Below are positions 52,910-64,000 of a DNA stretch of 64,000 nucleotides, piece by piece. Location: contig NC_057734.1 of assembly GCF_004010195.1 (NCBI RefSeq), positions 44,961,605-45,025,604 of the forward strand. The letters are read 5' to 3'. Position numbers and translations under genes: made by a program. Origin of the DNA: Chiloscyllium plagiosum (taxonomy: Eukaryota). The number at the start of each line of letters is the position of its first letter. Positions within the stretch are counted from its first letter, which is position 1. Below the pieces are notes generated by a model. The model saw only the letters and a program-made list of their open reading frames with translations. It was not told the origin of the DNA and searched no databases.

Positions 52910-53125
52910 GGGAGGAAGTGAGGGCTGCAGATGCTGGAGATCAGAGCTGAAAATGTGTTGCTGGAAAAGCGCAGCAGGTCAGGCAGCATCCAGGGAACAG
53001 GAGAATCGACGTTTCGGGCATAAGCCCTTCTTCAGGAATGAAGGGCTTATGCCCGAAACGTCGATTCTCCTGTTCCCTGGATGCTGCCTGACCTGCTGCG
53101 CTTTTCCAGCAACACATTTTCAGCT
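52910..53125. mobile_element. Young PLE hairpin insert with 16-bp TSD and perfect 88-bp inverted repeat
   Basis: TSD CTTTTCCCTTTCATAG at 52894-52909 and 53126-53141. Arms at 52943-53030 and 53040-53127. Confidence 0.9.
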
Positions 53126-53987
53126 CTTTTCCCTTTCATAGTCTGTCTTGTCACCACAAACCTTTTTTTTTTTCAGTATTCATTCATGGGTTGAGGGTGT
53201 TACTGGCTAAGCCAGCATTCTTTGCCCATTCCTTGCCCAGAGGGCTGTTAAGAGTCAGCTGCATTGCTGTGGGTCTGGAGTCACATGTAGGCTAGACCAA
53301 CTAAGTATGGCAGTTTCTCCCTGTAAAGGGCATTAGTTTTTCTGACAAGTGGCAATGGATTCATGGTCATCAGAAGACTCCTAATTCCAGACTTCTATAG
53401 AATTCCCTTCAAATTCCACCATCTACCATGGTAGAATTTGAACCAGGTCCCCAGAACTTTAATTGGGTGTCTGGATTTAACAGTCCAGCAATAATACCAC
53501 AAGGCCATCACCTGTCCTTAACTACACTCAAATATTTTGTACAATGAATCTGTCAACTTGGGCAGCAGAGTGGGTTGTACTATTTGGCTATTTGTCACGG
53601 GTTGCAAGTGATAGATTCACTGCTCCTTTCTTTGCGAAATAGTAGCTTTTGTGGTTTTCAATAGTCTTCCTGCTCTGAGACTTGGAATTGATATGGTGGG
53701 CTCTTTCAACATTAGTCCTCACTGAGGCAGTTCTTCCCTGCCTGGAGAGATCAGATCTTGCTGTGTCATTCTGTGCTGGGTCAGATAGCTCCATGTTCAA
53801 CTCATTATCGATCAAGTAATTGTGAATGTTTTGCTTTGGAGATGGACTGGCTAGAAATTTTCCCCCATCACCTTGCTCCCCATCCCGAAATAAAACCGAT
53901 ATGCAACTTGTTATGAGAGTTACAATTTTAAACAAATCTATATTTTAAATCAAGTAAAATTGCTCAATGTTTAATTTCCACCTACAG

Positions 53988-54098
53988 GAGAGGATTCAGG
54001 GAAGGTTGTCATATGGAACATGCCACCAGTTGTTCGAGAGGAAGATGAAAAGAATGAGGCTATTCCCAAAATGCTCTGCCAAATGGATAACCACTTGG
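53988..54098 (+). CDS. HIRA: HIRA exon 3
   Basis: EDSGKVVIWNMPPVVREEDEKNEAIPKMLCQMDNHL, 111 nt, AG/GT boundaries. Confidence 0.94.
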
Positions 54099-55089
54099 GT
54101 ATTTGTGATTTTTTTTAATGTATATTACTCACATTCACACTCACTCACTCCAATATGTCGCCCAGGAACATGAATATTCCAATATTTCAGTCATCTTTGA
54201 TTTGTTTACATATCATCCTCAGAAACGTTTGTTTGGAGGATCCTGTAAAGTTCTGGTTTGCCCTATGTAAAGGCAATCTTTGAGAGCTATTGAGTTTAAA
54301 TGTATTCCCTGTTAATCCTCTATATCACTACCTTTTTAAGGATTGGAGTATAGTCGACTCAGATCGCCCATAATTTCCATTTTTTTTTCTTCCAAAGTTG
54401 GTATCTTGTTAGCTTAACAAAATTACTGGCAATGCTATTAATCCTTCTCCCCCACAGCTATACTCTTCAAACCTGTAGAGTTGACTTTTCTCTGAGACTG
54501 TGTTCTTTTTCCTCAGCCAATTATTTTACGTGCAAAGACCCAAGATAAAAAATAGAGAGACTATGACGTCTTGAGTTTATGGTACCACATTGATCTATTA
54601 ACTCAGCTGAGTTGACACATTTAATGTTATTCACTGATCATGAAAGCAATTTTAAAAGTTTTTTTAGACTTTCCCACATCTTTTGGAGAGAAAGTTGAGT
54701 TAGCATTGGAGTATGGTCCTATATGTGCTGACCAAATGCTCGATTGCCTGTTATTGTGTGAGTTTTGATCATTGTTAGTAACAGGCTCTTTGACTGTTGG
54801 GCCAGGTCAGCTTGTCCTCACCTGCACACTTGCAGCTTGTGTTTCTGTGCAGTAATTGAATATAAATATTTTGGCCTATTTTCTCTTCCTAGCTTTGGTG
54901 TAAAGGCTTATTTGGAATACCTCTTCCATCGCACACAACTCAACATATACTTGTAATTGAACTTTGGTCCACAAATGGAGCTACTTATTGTGTAAACTGC
55001 TGATTTCTTTTTTTTAATTTAAAAGAAAAGTTCATTTTGGAATCTCAGTAATCAGAACATGGCTGTTGTTTGTCTCTGGTTCCTTGCAG

Positions 55090-55180
55090 CCTGTGTCAAT
55101 TGTGTGCGCTGGTCTAATAATGGATTGTATCTGGCATCGGGTGGAGATGACAAATTGATCATGCTGTGGAAGAGAGCTGC
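55090..55180 (+). CDS. HIRA: HIRA exon 4
   Basis: ACVNCVRWSNNGLYLASGGDDKLIMLWKRAA (WD40), 91 nt, donor GTAAGT. Confidence 0.95.
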
Positions 55181-56207
55181 GTAAGTACCTTGCGCTGTCT
55201 GGTGACTGTAAGCTGTTTGGGCATATACACCCATTCAGTGGCTTTCTTGGTTCCGTTTCAAACTAAAACATATGCATTTATAATGTCCAGGAATTACGCA
55301 ATTTTTACTTTACTAGATTTGCTATCTCGTTAAATGCTTTTATAACAGGCATGTCCAGTACATCCATATTCTACCACTGATGACAGCCAGTACCTCAAAT
55401 ATTGGCAATGCATAAGTAATTCAAAGCTGTCAACAATTATGAGAAAAAAAGGCGACAGCTATTATTTTGTAGTAAATTTATGTTCCACAAAGAGACCAAT
55501 AAATTTTAAAAAGAGATGACTTCCATATGATAAACCAAAAGACAAGACTTAATATTATAAGACTTTTATTGCAACAACAAACTAAAATTAATATAAGTCA
55601 AACATTGCTTAGCATTGTGCTATCACAAGTATTTTGCATTAATTAACTAACACAAATGAGATATGTTTTATGACTGTTTGTTTACATTGCACTATACTTC
55701 TAGCCGATGTCTGACATTACTAAGGGCTAGCTGCTCACTGCCTCATTAGGTTTGCAAGTTCCAATATCCATTGAAAATCATTCCACTCAGAGCCTTCTGG
55801 ATAATACTTAAGAATCTTGCGAGACCTGCCTTGGTGACTTGTTCCTAAAATCTCCAAAGATCTTGTCTGTTTTGATTCCTTTCTTTTGAATACAAAATAT
55901 CTGTTTAGCTATCTATCTTGCTTGCTGTCAGTCCTGCTTGCTCTTGGTCTCCCCCAAGTCGCTCAAAGGAACCATTCCCCAACTGTGACATACCGTGTGC
56001 TCAGTTTCTGTTTGAGTTCAATACGCAAGTGTTTTTCAAGTTGGGATGATTCCAAAATTCTAATTTTACTAAAGTTAAATGAGACGTTTTAGTCTGGTTC
56101 CAAACAATATACAATAAATAATATGTGCTTGTTTGGTAGCCTGCAGCCTCATTGTTGGTGACTAATTATAATGAGATATATGGTAATTGTATGATTACTT
56201 TTTAAAG

Positions 56208-56302
56208 GTATATTGGACCAAGCAATGTCTTTGGTTCCAGCAGCAAACTAGCTAACGTGGAACAGTGGAGATGCGTATCTATCCTCCGAAGTCATACAGG
56301 AG
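56208..56302 (+). CDS. HIRA: HIRA exon 5
   Basis: YIGPSNVFGSSSKLANVEQWRCVSILRSHTG, 95 nt. Confidence 0.95.
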
Positions 56303-58264
56303 GTAGGAGTTGAAGGTTCTGTTCTGTCCATTCTCCTTCACTGCCCCCTTTCATAAGAGTCTCTCTTTTTTTTTTCAAACAGCTTTTCATAATGTAATGA
56401 AATGCAGTTGGGCTTCCCAATTTAATGAACTTATTTAGCAAGTACTATGAAAACTGGAAAGCCCTCTACATTGACTTTCATTCTGTACTAAGTTAGAAGA
56501 TATACTCAATGGTACAGGTTACGTGTTTGGACTTTGACCTTCCTTCTCTTCAAGTAGCTGTCCAAGTACACACGGTGAGAATGGTAGCAAGCTTTAACAG
56601 GACCATATTGCCCTCGGACTGCTACCAAATAAATGAATACCTAATTCCTTAAATAAAAGCAAAATATTGCAGGTGATAGAAATCTGAAATAAATAGCTGG
56701 AGAAACTCAGCAGATATGGAGAGAGAAACAGTTGATATTTTGAGTCTATTGTCGTTTTTTGAACAGACCAAACAGTCATTGGACTCAAAATCTTAATTCT
56801 ATTTCTTTCTCCACAGATGCTACCAGACCTGCTGAGTTTCTCCAATATTTTTTGTTAGTTTCTGACTCTTTAAAAATCTAATTCTTTAAACTCTAATTGC
56901 AACACATTCACCCTGGTCTTCCCTAATAATATTGGTTTCAGTGATAGATGTGATTTGGTTGCATATCTGCTTTTCAGCATTAGCTCCACCTCTTCCATTT
57001 TGACTTGTACTCTGGGCTCTGCCAGTCACAAGATGAATTATGTGCATTTCATATGATTGATATGTGACATATTTGGAGCTCCATTTTCATTTCTCATTCT
57101 CTACAGACCATGCTTTGTTGCCTTTTGTAATTTTGTGCCTGTATTACGATTCATGTCTGTAAATCAAATATTTGGCATTGGGGGGGCCAGTGCGAATACG
57201 TTTTACATTTCCAGGCATTTCCTGTACAGCATTACCCGAGTCTTCCTTCATCTCGCTATCTTTGCCAAATGGTGACCACCTCTACTTTGTCATTCCTCTC
57301 CAGGCTCCCTCACATAAATAAAAAATATGCAGAGCTTCATTTTGCATCTTGGTCATTTGATTTTAGAGCACTTCAAATTGACTTTGGATGCACGTGATGT
57401 GGAAGACTTTGTTCTAGCATTGGCATCCCTCAGCTTTCTGAGCAGTAAAATTTTCTAATGTATGAACATTATCAAGATTGTAATGACTTTGTCTTCTCAC
57501 TGGCAAGGCCAGCATTTATTGCTCTTCCATAATTACACTTGAGAAAATAATAATGAGTTAACTTCTTGGATCATTGCAGTCCACATAATGTAGATCCACC
57601 CACATTGCTGTTTTGGAGGAAAGTTCCGGATTTGAACCCAGTGACAGTGAAGGAACAATACTTTAGTTCCAACTCAGGATACGGTGTGACTTGGAAAGGA
57701 CCTTGCAGGTGTTGATGCTTATTAGTCTGCTGCTGTTGATCTAGTGAGTGTTAGATGGTCCACATTTGGCCAGTGCTGTGAGCAAGTGCCTAGTGAGTTG
57801 CTGTGGTGCACGTTATGGAGGTACACACTGCTACCACAGTGCATTGGTGACGGATGGGATACCAATCAAACAAGCTTCTTTGTCTTGGATGGTGTTGAGC
57901 TTCATGAGTGCTGTTGTGACTGCACTCATCCAAGCAAGTGGAGAGTATTCTACCACATTCCTGACTTGTACTTTACAGATGCTGGACAAGCTTCAGGAGG
58001 TGAGTTACATGACACAGAATTCCCAGGTTCTGATCTGCTCTTCTAGCCACAGTATTTGTGTGGCTCATCCAGTTCAGGTTTCTGGACAATGGTAAGTGCT
58101 AGAACATTAATTGTAAGGATTTCATTTGTTATACTATTGAATGCATAGAGGAGATGATTAGATTCTCCTTTGTAAAAGGTCATTTATGTGCCTGAGGTTT
58201 CCTTTCTTCACTTTATGTTAGACTCTGGTGCAGGATACTGATGAGGATTCTGTCTATGTTTTAG

Positions 58265-58360
58265 ATGTGATGGACCTTGCTTGGTCGCCCCATGATGCTT
58301 GGCTCTCCTCCTGCAGTATAGACAACACTGTTGTTATTTGGAATGCTCTGAAGTTCCCAG
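58265..58360 (+). CDS. HIRA: HIRA exon 6
   Basis: DVMDLAWSPHDAWLSSCSIDNTVVIWNALKFP, 96 nt. Confidence 0.95.
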
Positions 58361-58585
58361 GTGAGATTGGAAATGGTCTTTACGTTGATGAACAAGTTCT
58401 AGAAGTATGAATAGGAATCTGTCAAAAAGCAGTGTTGAAAATTCAGTTTTAGCCCAGATATCCTTTGTATTAAAACCATACAGGATTTATTTCCTGTGAT
58501 TTTGTTGCAATCATAAAAAGCTACTGCTCATATGTTATGCATGCAGAGCAGACCTCCGTGCATTGGAAAGATTCTTATTTTCATA

Positions 58586-59310
58586 AGAGAAAGTGAAGAC
58601 AGCAAATGCTGGAGATCAGAGTTGAGTGTGGTGCTGGAAAGCACAGCAGCCCAGGCAGCATCTGAGGGGCAGGAGATTGAGCACGCCTCAATTTAAAGCT
58701 GTGTCCCCTTGTGCTAGCCATCACCATCCTTGGAAGAAGGCTTTCACTGTCCACGCTATCTAACCCTCTGATTACCTTATATGTCTCAATTAAGTCACCT
58801 CTCAACCTTCTTTTCTCTAATGAAAACAGCCTCAAGTCGCTCAGCCTTTCCTCGTAAGACCTTTCCTCCATACCAGGCAACATCCTAGTAAATCTCCTCT
58901 GAACCCTTTCCAAAGCTTCCACATCCTCCCTATGATGCAGTGATCAGAACTGTACACAATACTTCAAATGTGGCTGCACCAGAGTTTTGTACAGCTTCAA
59001 TATGATCTCATAGTTCCAAAACTCAATCCCCCTACTAATGAAAGCCAACACAGCGTATGGCTTCTTAACAACCCTATCAACCTAGGTAGCAACTTTCAGA
59101 GATCTATGTACATGGACACCATGATCTCCCTGTTCATCTATACTACCAAGAATCTTACCATTTGCCCAGTACTCTGCATTCCTGTTACTCCTTCCAAAGT
59201 GAATCACCTCACACTTTCCTGATGAAGGCCTCTTGCCCAAAACGTCGATTCTCCTGCTCCTTGGATGCTGCCTGACTTGCTGTGCTTTTTTAGCACCACA
59301 CTCTCGACTT
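58586..59310. mobile_element. Composite: inverted PLE termini enclosing a CR1 internal fragment
   Basis: PLE arm 58586-58680, CR1 (-) 58685-59215, opposite PLE arm 59218-59310. Confidence 0.75.
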
Positions 59311-59356
59311 CTGAGCTTCATAGACAACTGTATCTTTCAACTCTCTCTCCTTTTAG

Positions 59357-59517
59357 AAATCATTGCAACGTTACGGGGTCACTCTGGCCTGGTGAAGGGC
59401 CTCACCTGGGATCCTGTTGGGAAATATATTGCATCCCAAGCAGATGACCGGAGTTTAAAAGTATGGAGGACCATGGACTGGCAGTTGGAGACGAACATCA
59501 CAAAACCGTTCGATGAA
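59357..59517 (+). CDS. HIRA: HIRA exon 7 (gene continues beyond the window)
   Basis: [54 protein letters not shown], 161 nt, donor GTACGT. Confidence 0.95.
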
Positions 59518-60169
59518 GTACGTGGTTTCAGCAAATGTCTGATTTCTTCTTCTTCTGCAGTGTTTCAGTTCGCTGATCATTTTTGATACCTCTGGGAAGC
59601 CCGGTGGTAAAATTTCCCTGTAGCAAACCGGAATGCAGCCTTCTGGACAGTCATCATACAAGTTTTTATCCTGATCCTTTTTTCTCTCCCATGCTGTCTC
59701 AGTTGTGTCAAAGGTGGGGACAATTGGTAGATGCCACTTTGTTTGGTGTCCTGAGACTCTGTTTTATACTTGCACTTCTAAATAAATGGTAGGTACTCCC
59801 AGCTTAAACTGATGGTAATCTTATTTTTACATTAGACCACAGCATGCTGCTCATTGTTCTGTATGAGACTGAGTGGTCTGACCAGTGATCCTTAAAGAGC
59901 ACTCTAAAATGTGTATATTTTGAATTTTAGAAACAACTCTCTTTGGATCAAGCGGCACCTAATGCTCCTGGTAGCTCTTAAAAGTTAAACCTTTGCAGTT
60001 CTTCCTCATGATTATCTCCTACTTTGCCAACTTGCCTCACCAGCTGGGCTGCTTAGCAGACCCTCCGATTCTGTTCGGTCTATTTACTGAGATACTCAAG
60101 ATAGAGAAACCTTGCAGTGATTTGGAAATTGCACACAATTGTGTGCATTGCTTGTGCCTCTGATTATAT

Positions 60170-63100
60170 TGAATCACAGAAGTATTATAGTGTAGAAGGC
60201 CCACCATGACTGCATTGGCAATCCAATGTGCACCGCGGTTTTTGCCATTCTCCTGCGTTATTTTTATTTAAATGGTTGTATGATGTCCCATGAAGTCCTC
60301 AATTGAGCCTGCCTCTAACATATTTCCAGGCAGTGCATTACAGACTTGAACAATATATTGTGTGAGAAAGCTTTATCCCACATCACATTTGCTATTTTTG
60401 CAGATCATTGCGCCCTCTTTTCTTGATATTTAAAAAAAGAACAGTTTCTCCCTACTTTTTCCAGCCCCCTCATAATTTTAAACCATCGATCAGAACTCCT
60501 CTGAGCCTCTTCTCTCCAGTCTATCCTCATTGTAAAGTTTCTTGTCCCTGTGACCATTCTTATACATCTTGCTGCATTGTCTGCAATGTGAGCACATCTT
60601 TCCGGTCGAGTGGCGAAATGAATAGCAGTCAGTACTTCAGCTGAGGTCTAACAAGTGTCTTACACAAGTTCATCACCTCCTTCCTACTGAAATCTATGCC
60701 TATTGGTAAAGCTGAGGTACTGTATGGTTTATTAACTGCTCTCTTCACCTGTCCCGCCACCTTCAATGCTCTGCACATATGCATCCAAATCCCTCTCCTC
60801 CTGTGCCTCTTTAGAATTGCATCCCTCATTTTTATGCTTTTAGAGTCAGTCATAGAGCATAGAACATTACAGCACTGTACAGGCCCTTTGGCCCTCGATG
60901 TTGCGCTGACCTGTGAAATAAATCTGAAGCCTATCTAACCTATGCTATTGCATTTTCATCCATATGTCTATCCAGTGACCATTTAAATGCCATTAATGTG
61001 GGCGAGTCTATTACTGTTGCAAGCAGGCCGTTCCACGCCTCTACTATTTTCTGAGTAAAGAAACTACCTCTGACATCTGTCCTATATCTATTATCCCTCA
61101 ATTTAAAGCTATGTCCCCTCGTGCTAGACATCGCCATCTGAGGGAAAAGGCTGACACTAACCGCCCTCAGTCTTTCCTCGTAAGACCTTCTCTCTGTACC
61201 AGGCAGCATCCTAGTAAATCTCCTCTGAACCCTATCTAAAGCTTCCACATCCTTCCTGTAAAGTGATGACCAGAACTGCACGCAATACTCCAAATGTAAC
61301 CTCACGAGAATTTTGTACAGCTGCAGCATGACTTAATGGTTCCGAAACTCAGTCCCTCTATTAATAAAAGCCAGCACATTGTATGGCTTCTTAACAACCC
61401 TATCAACCTGGGTGGCAACTTTCAGGGATCTGTGTACTTGGATCCCTGTTCGTCTACGCTACCAAGAATCTTACCATTACCCCAGTACTCTGCGTTCCAA
61501 TTACTCCTTCCAAAGTTAATCACCTCACACTTTTCCGTATTAAACTACGTTCTCCATCTCTCAGCCCAGCTCTGCAGCTTATCTATGTCCCTTTGTGACC
61601 TTACAATATCCTTCAGCACTATTCACAACTGTACCGACCTTGGTGTTGTCCGCAAATTTACTAACCCATTCTTCTATGCCCTCAACCAGATCATTTATAA
61701 AATTACAAACAGCAGTGGCCCCAAAACAGATCCTTGTGGTACACCACTAGTAACTGAACTCTAGGATGAACATTCCCCATCAACCACAATCCTCTGTCTT
61801 CTTTCTGCTAGCCAATTTCTGACCCAAACCACTAAATCACTCTGAATCCCATGCCTCTGTATTTTGTGCAATAGCCTACTGTGGAGAACCTTATCAAACA
61901 CCTTACTGAAATCCTAGAGGTTTACAGCATTAGGTTAGAGCCATAAAGGTTTACAGCATGGGAACAGCCCTTTGGCTCAACTTGTCTATGCTGCCCAGTT
62001 TTCACAATTATTCGAGTTCCATTTGCCTGTATTTGGTCCATATCCCTTCGTACCTATCCCATCCAGGTACCTGTCCAAATCTTTATACATAACAAAATTG
62101 TACTCGCCTGCACCACTGCTGCAGGTAGTATGTCCCAGACACTCATCACCTGTTGTAAAAGTTATCCCTCCGGACACTTTTGTATCTCTCGCCTCTCACT
62201 TTAAACCTATGCCTTCTAGTTTTAGATTCCCCTACGATGGGGGAGAAACTGTTGACTATCCACCTTAGCTATGTCTCTCAGGATTTGATTGACCTCTATA
62301 AGGTCACCCCTCAGTCTCCTACACTCCAGGAAAAAAAGTCCTAGTCTAGTCTATCCAGTCTCTCCTTCTAACTCAAACATTCCTAGGTGGCATCCTAGTC
62401 AATCTTTTCTGCACTTTTTCTAGTTTATTAATGTCCTTTCAATAGTAGGGTGAGCAGAACTGCACGCAGTACTCCAAATGTATTGTACAGCTGCAACAGA
62501 CGTTCCAACTCATACTCAATTCTCTGAAAGATGAAAGCATGCAATTTTCCTCCCAAAATGCACCATTTCTCTTCCTTGCATTGAATTGCATCTGCCATTT
62601 ATCTGCCCACTCCCCTAATTAGTCTGTGTCTTTTCGAGGTTCTACACTGTCTTCGCAGTTACAATGCTTCCAAGTTTCATATCTTCCAAGAACTTTAAAG
62701 TTGACCCTTGCACATCAATATCTAAATCAATGATGTATATCAGGAAAAACAAGGGTTCCAATACTGTCCCCCAGCTACAGAAAAAAAATTGATCATTACT
62801 CTGTTTCCTATCACTCAGTCATTTTTGTTTCCAAGTTGTTATTGTCTGGTTTATTCCTTGAGCAAAACCTTTCTTAAAAGTCTGTTGAGTGGCACTATTT
62901 CAAATGCAATCTGTAACTTCATGTACACCACATCAACAGCATTACCCTCATTGACCCTTTCTATTACCTCTTCAGTAATTTGGTTTCCCCGTTAGAAATC
63001 CATGTTGACTTTTTCTAATCAATCACCTTTCTCTGTGTGATTATTAATTCCATCCCGAATAAATGTTTTGAGATACTTTAACAAAAGTTAAACTGACTGA

Positions 63101-64000
63101 TTTGAAATTGAAGGGCTTATCCTTAAACCTATAATGTCTTCACTTCTGCAGTCCTCTGGCATTTCGCTTGAGCCTGGGACAGACTGAATGTTTATGACCA
63201 GTGCCCCTGCGATTTCCACTGTTACATCCTCCAGTATGCTTTGATGCATCTCAACCAGTCCTGGTGCCTTGTCAACTTTGATTAGCAACAGTCCATCTAA
63301 CACCACTTCATCGGCAATTTTAAATCCTTCTGTCACCAAGGCCTGGTAGCTTCTACCTCTCTGAAGACTGTCGCAAGTATTCATTTAATACCTTAGCCAT
63401 GTTCCCTCCCTTTTTTGTCTGTAGTTGGCACCACTCATTTACTGTTTATATGTCAATAGAATATTTTGGGATTTCCTTTTATTTCAGCTGCCAGTCTTTT
63501 CTCATAATTTCTCTTTGCTTCTCTAATATGATTTTTCTCCTCCCCATTGACATTTCAATATTCCTCTTGGTTTTCTATTGTATTTTCTACTTGACTGTCC
63601 TAAACACATTATTTCTTCTTTAATGTAATTCTATCTCCTTTGTCATCCAGAGACATCTGGATTTGTTTGTTAAGCCTTTTTCTTTTTGAGACAATATCTC
63701 TTGATTGGATCCAAAATATCTCCTCTTCAAAAGTAGCCCATTGCTTAGTTATAACAATTCCTGCTAACCTTTCATTCTAGTTGGACAGCCCAGTTCTGTG
63801 CTTAGCCCATCAAAGTTGGCTCTCGACCAATTGATTTTCTTTTACTGTGGATTGACCGTTGACATTCTCCATTGTCATCCGAAACCCCTCTCTGCTAAAT
63901 ATCCTCTACTGATGCTTGACTTATTTCATTTTCATGAATTAGATCCAACAGAGCATACTTTCTTTTTGAACTATATGCAGACAGCAGTAGGAAATTCTCT
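60170..64000 (-). mobile_element. Nested cluster of CR1 LINE fragments in HIRA intron 7
   Basis: LYKILVRLHLEYCVQFWS (60940..61329), several 3' tails (about 60175, 60855, 61930) and older ORF2 remnants to the window end. Confidence 0.8.

Noticed and set aside
11294-53141. Recurrent ORFs containing MCCWKSAAGQAAS... or MPETSILL...
   Set aside because: Translations of the non-coding PLE terminal repeat, not a gene family.

Overview
Vertebrate genomic DNA, most likely a cartilaginous fish (shark), judging from the HE1-type SINEs and CR1/Penelope families. It holds part of the block syntenic to human 22q11.2. C22orf39 (+) is complete: 3 coding exons, 12229-14028, 105 aa. MRPL40 (-) is complete: 4 coding exons, 25108-15876, about 194 aa. 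HIRA (+) has its first 7 coding exons here (40823-59517) and continues past the window. An orphan candidate terminal exon at 5109-5189 encodes a tail-anchor-like helix. Most other sequence is decayed retroelements: CR1 LINEs, L2/CR1-like fragments, tRNA-derived SINEs and Penelope-like elements (PLEs). Many short TSD-flanked PLE terminal inserts carry minimal hammerhead ribozyme motifs. The 15.7 kb between MRPL40 and HIRA contains a two-LTR element (31368-38000; 4-bp TSD, PPT, PBS-like site) with no visible gag/pol but an unassigned ORF, a nested solo LTR, and a 961-N assembly gap. All calls were made by eye, without database searches.
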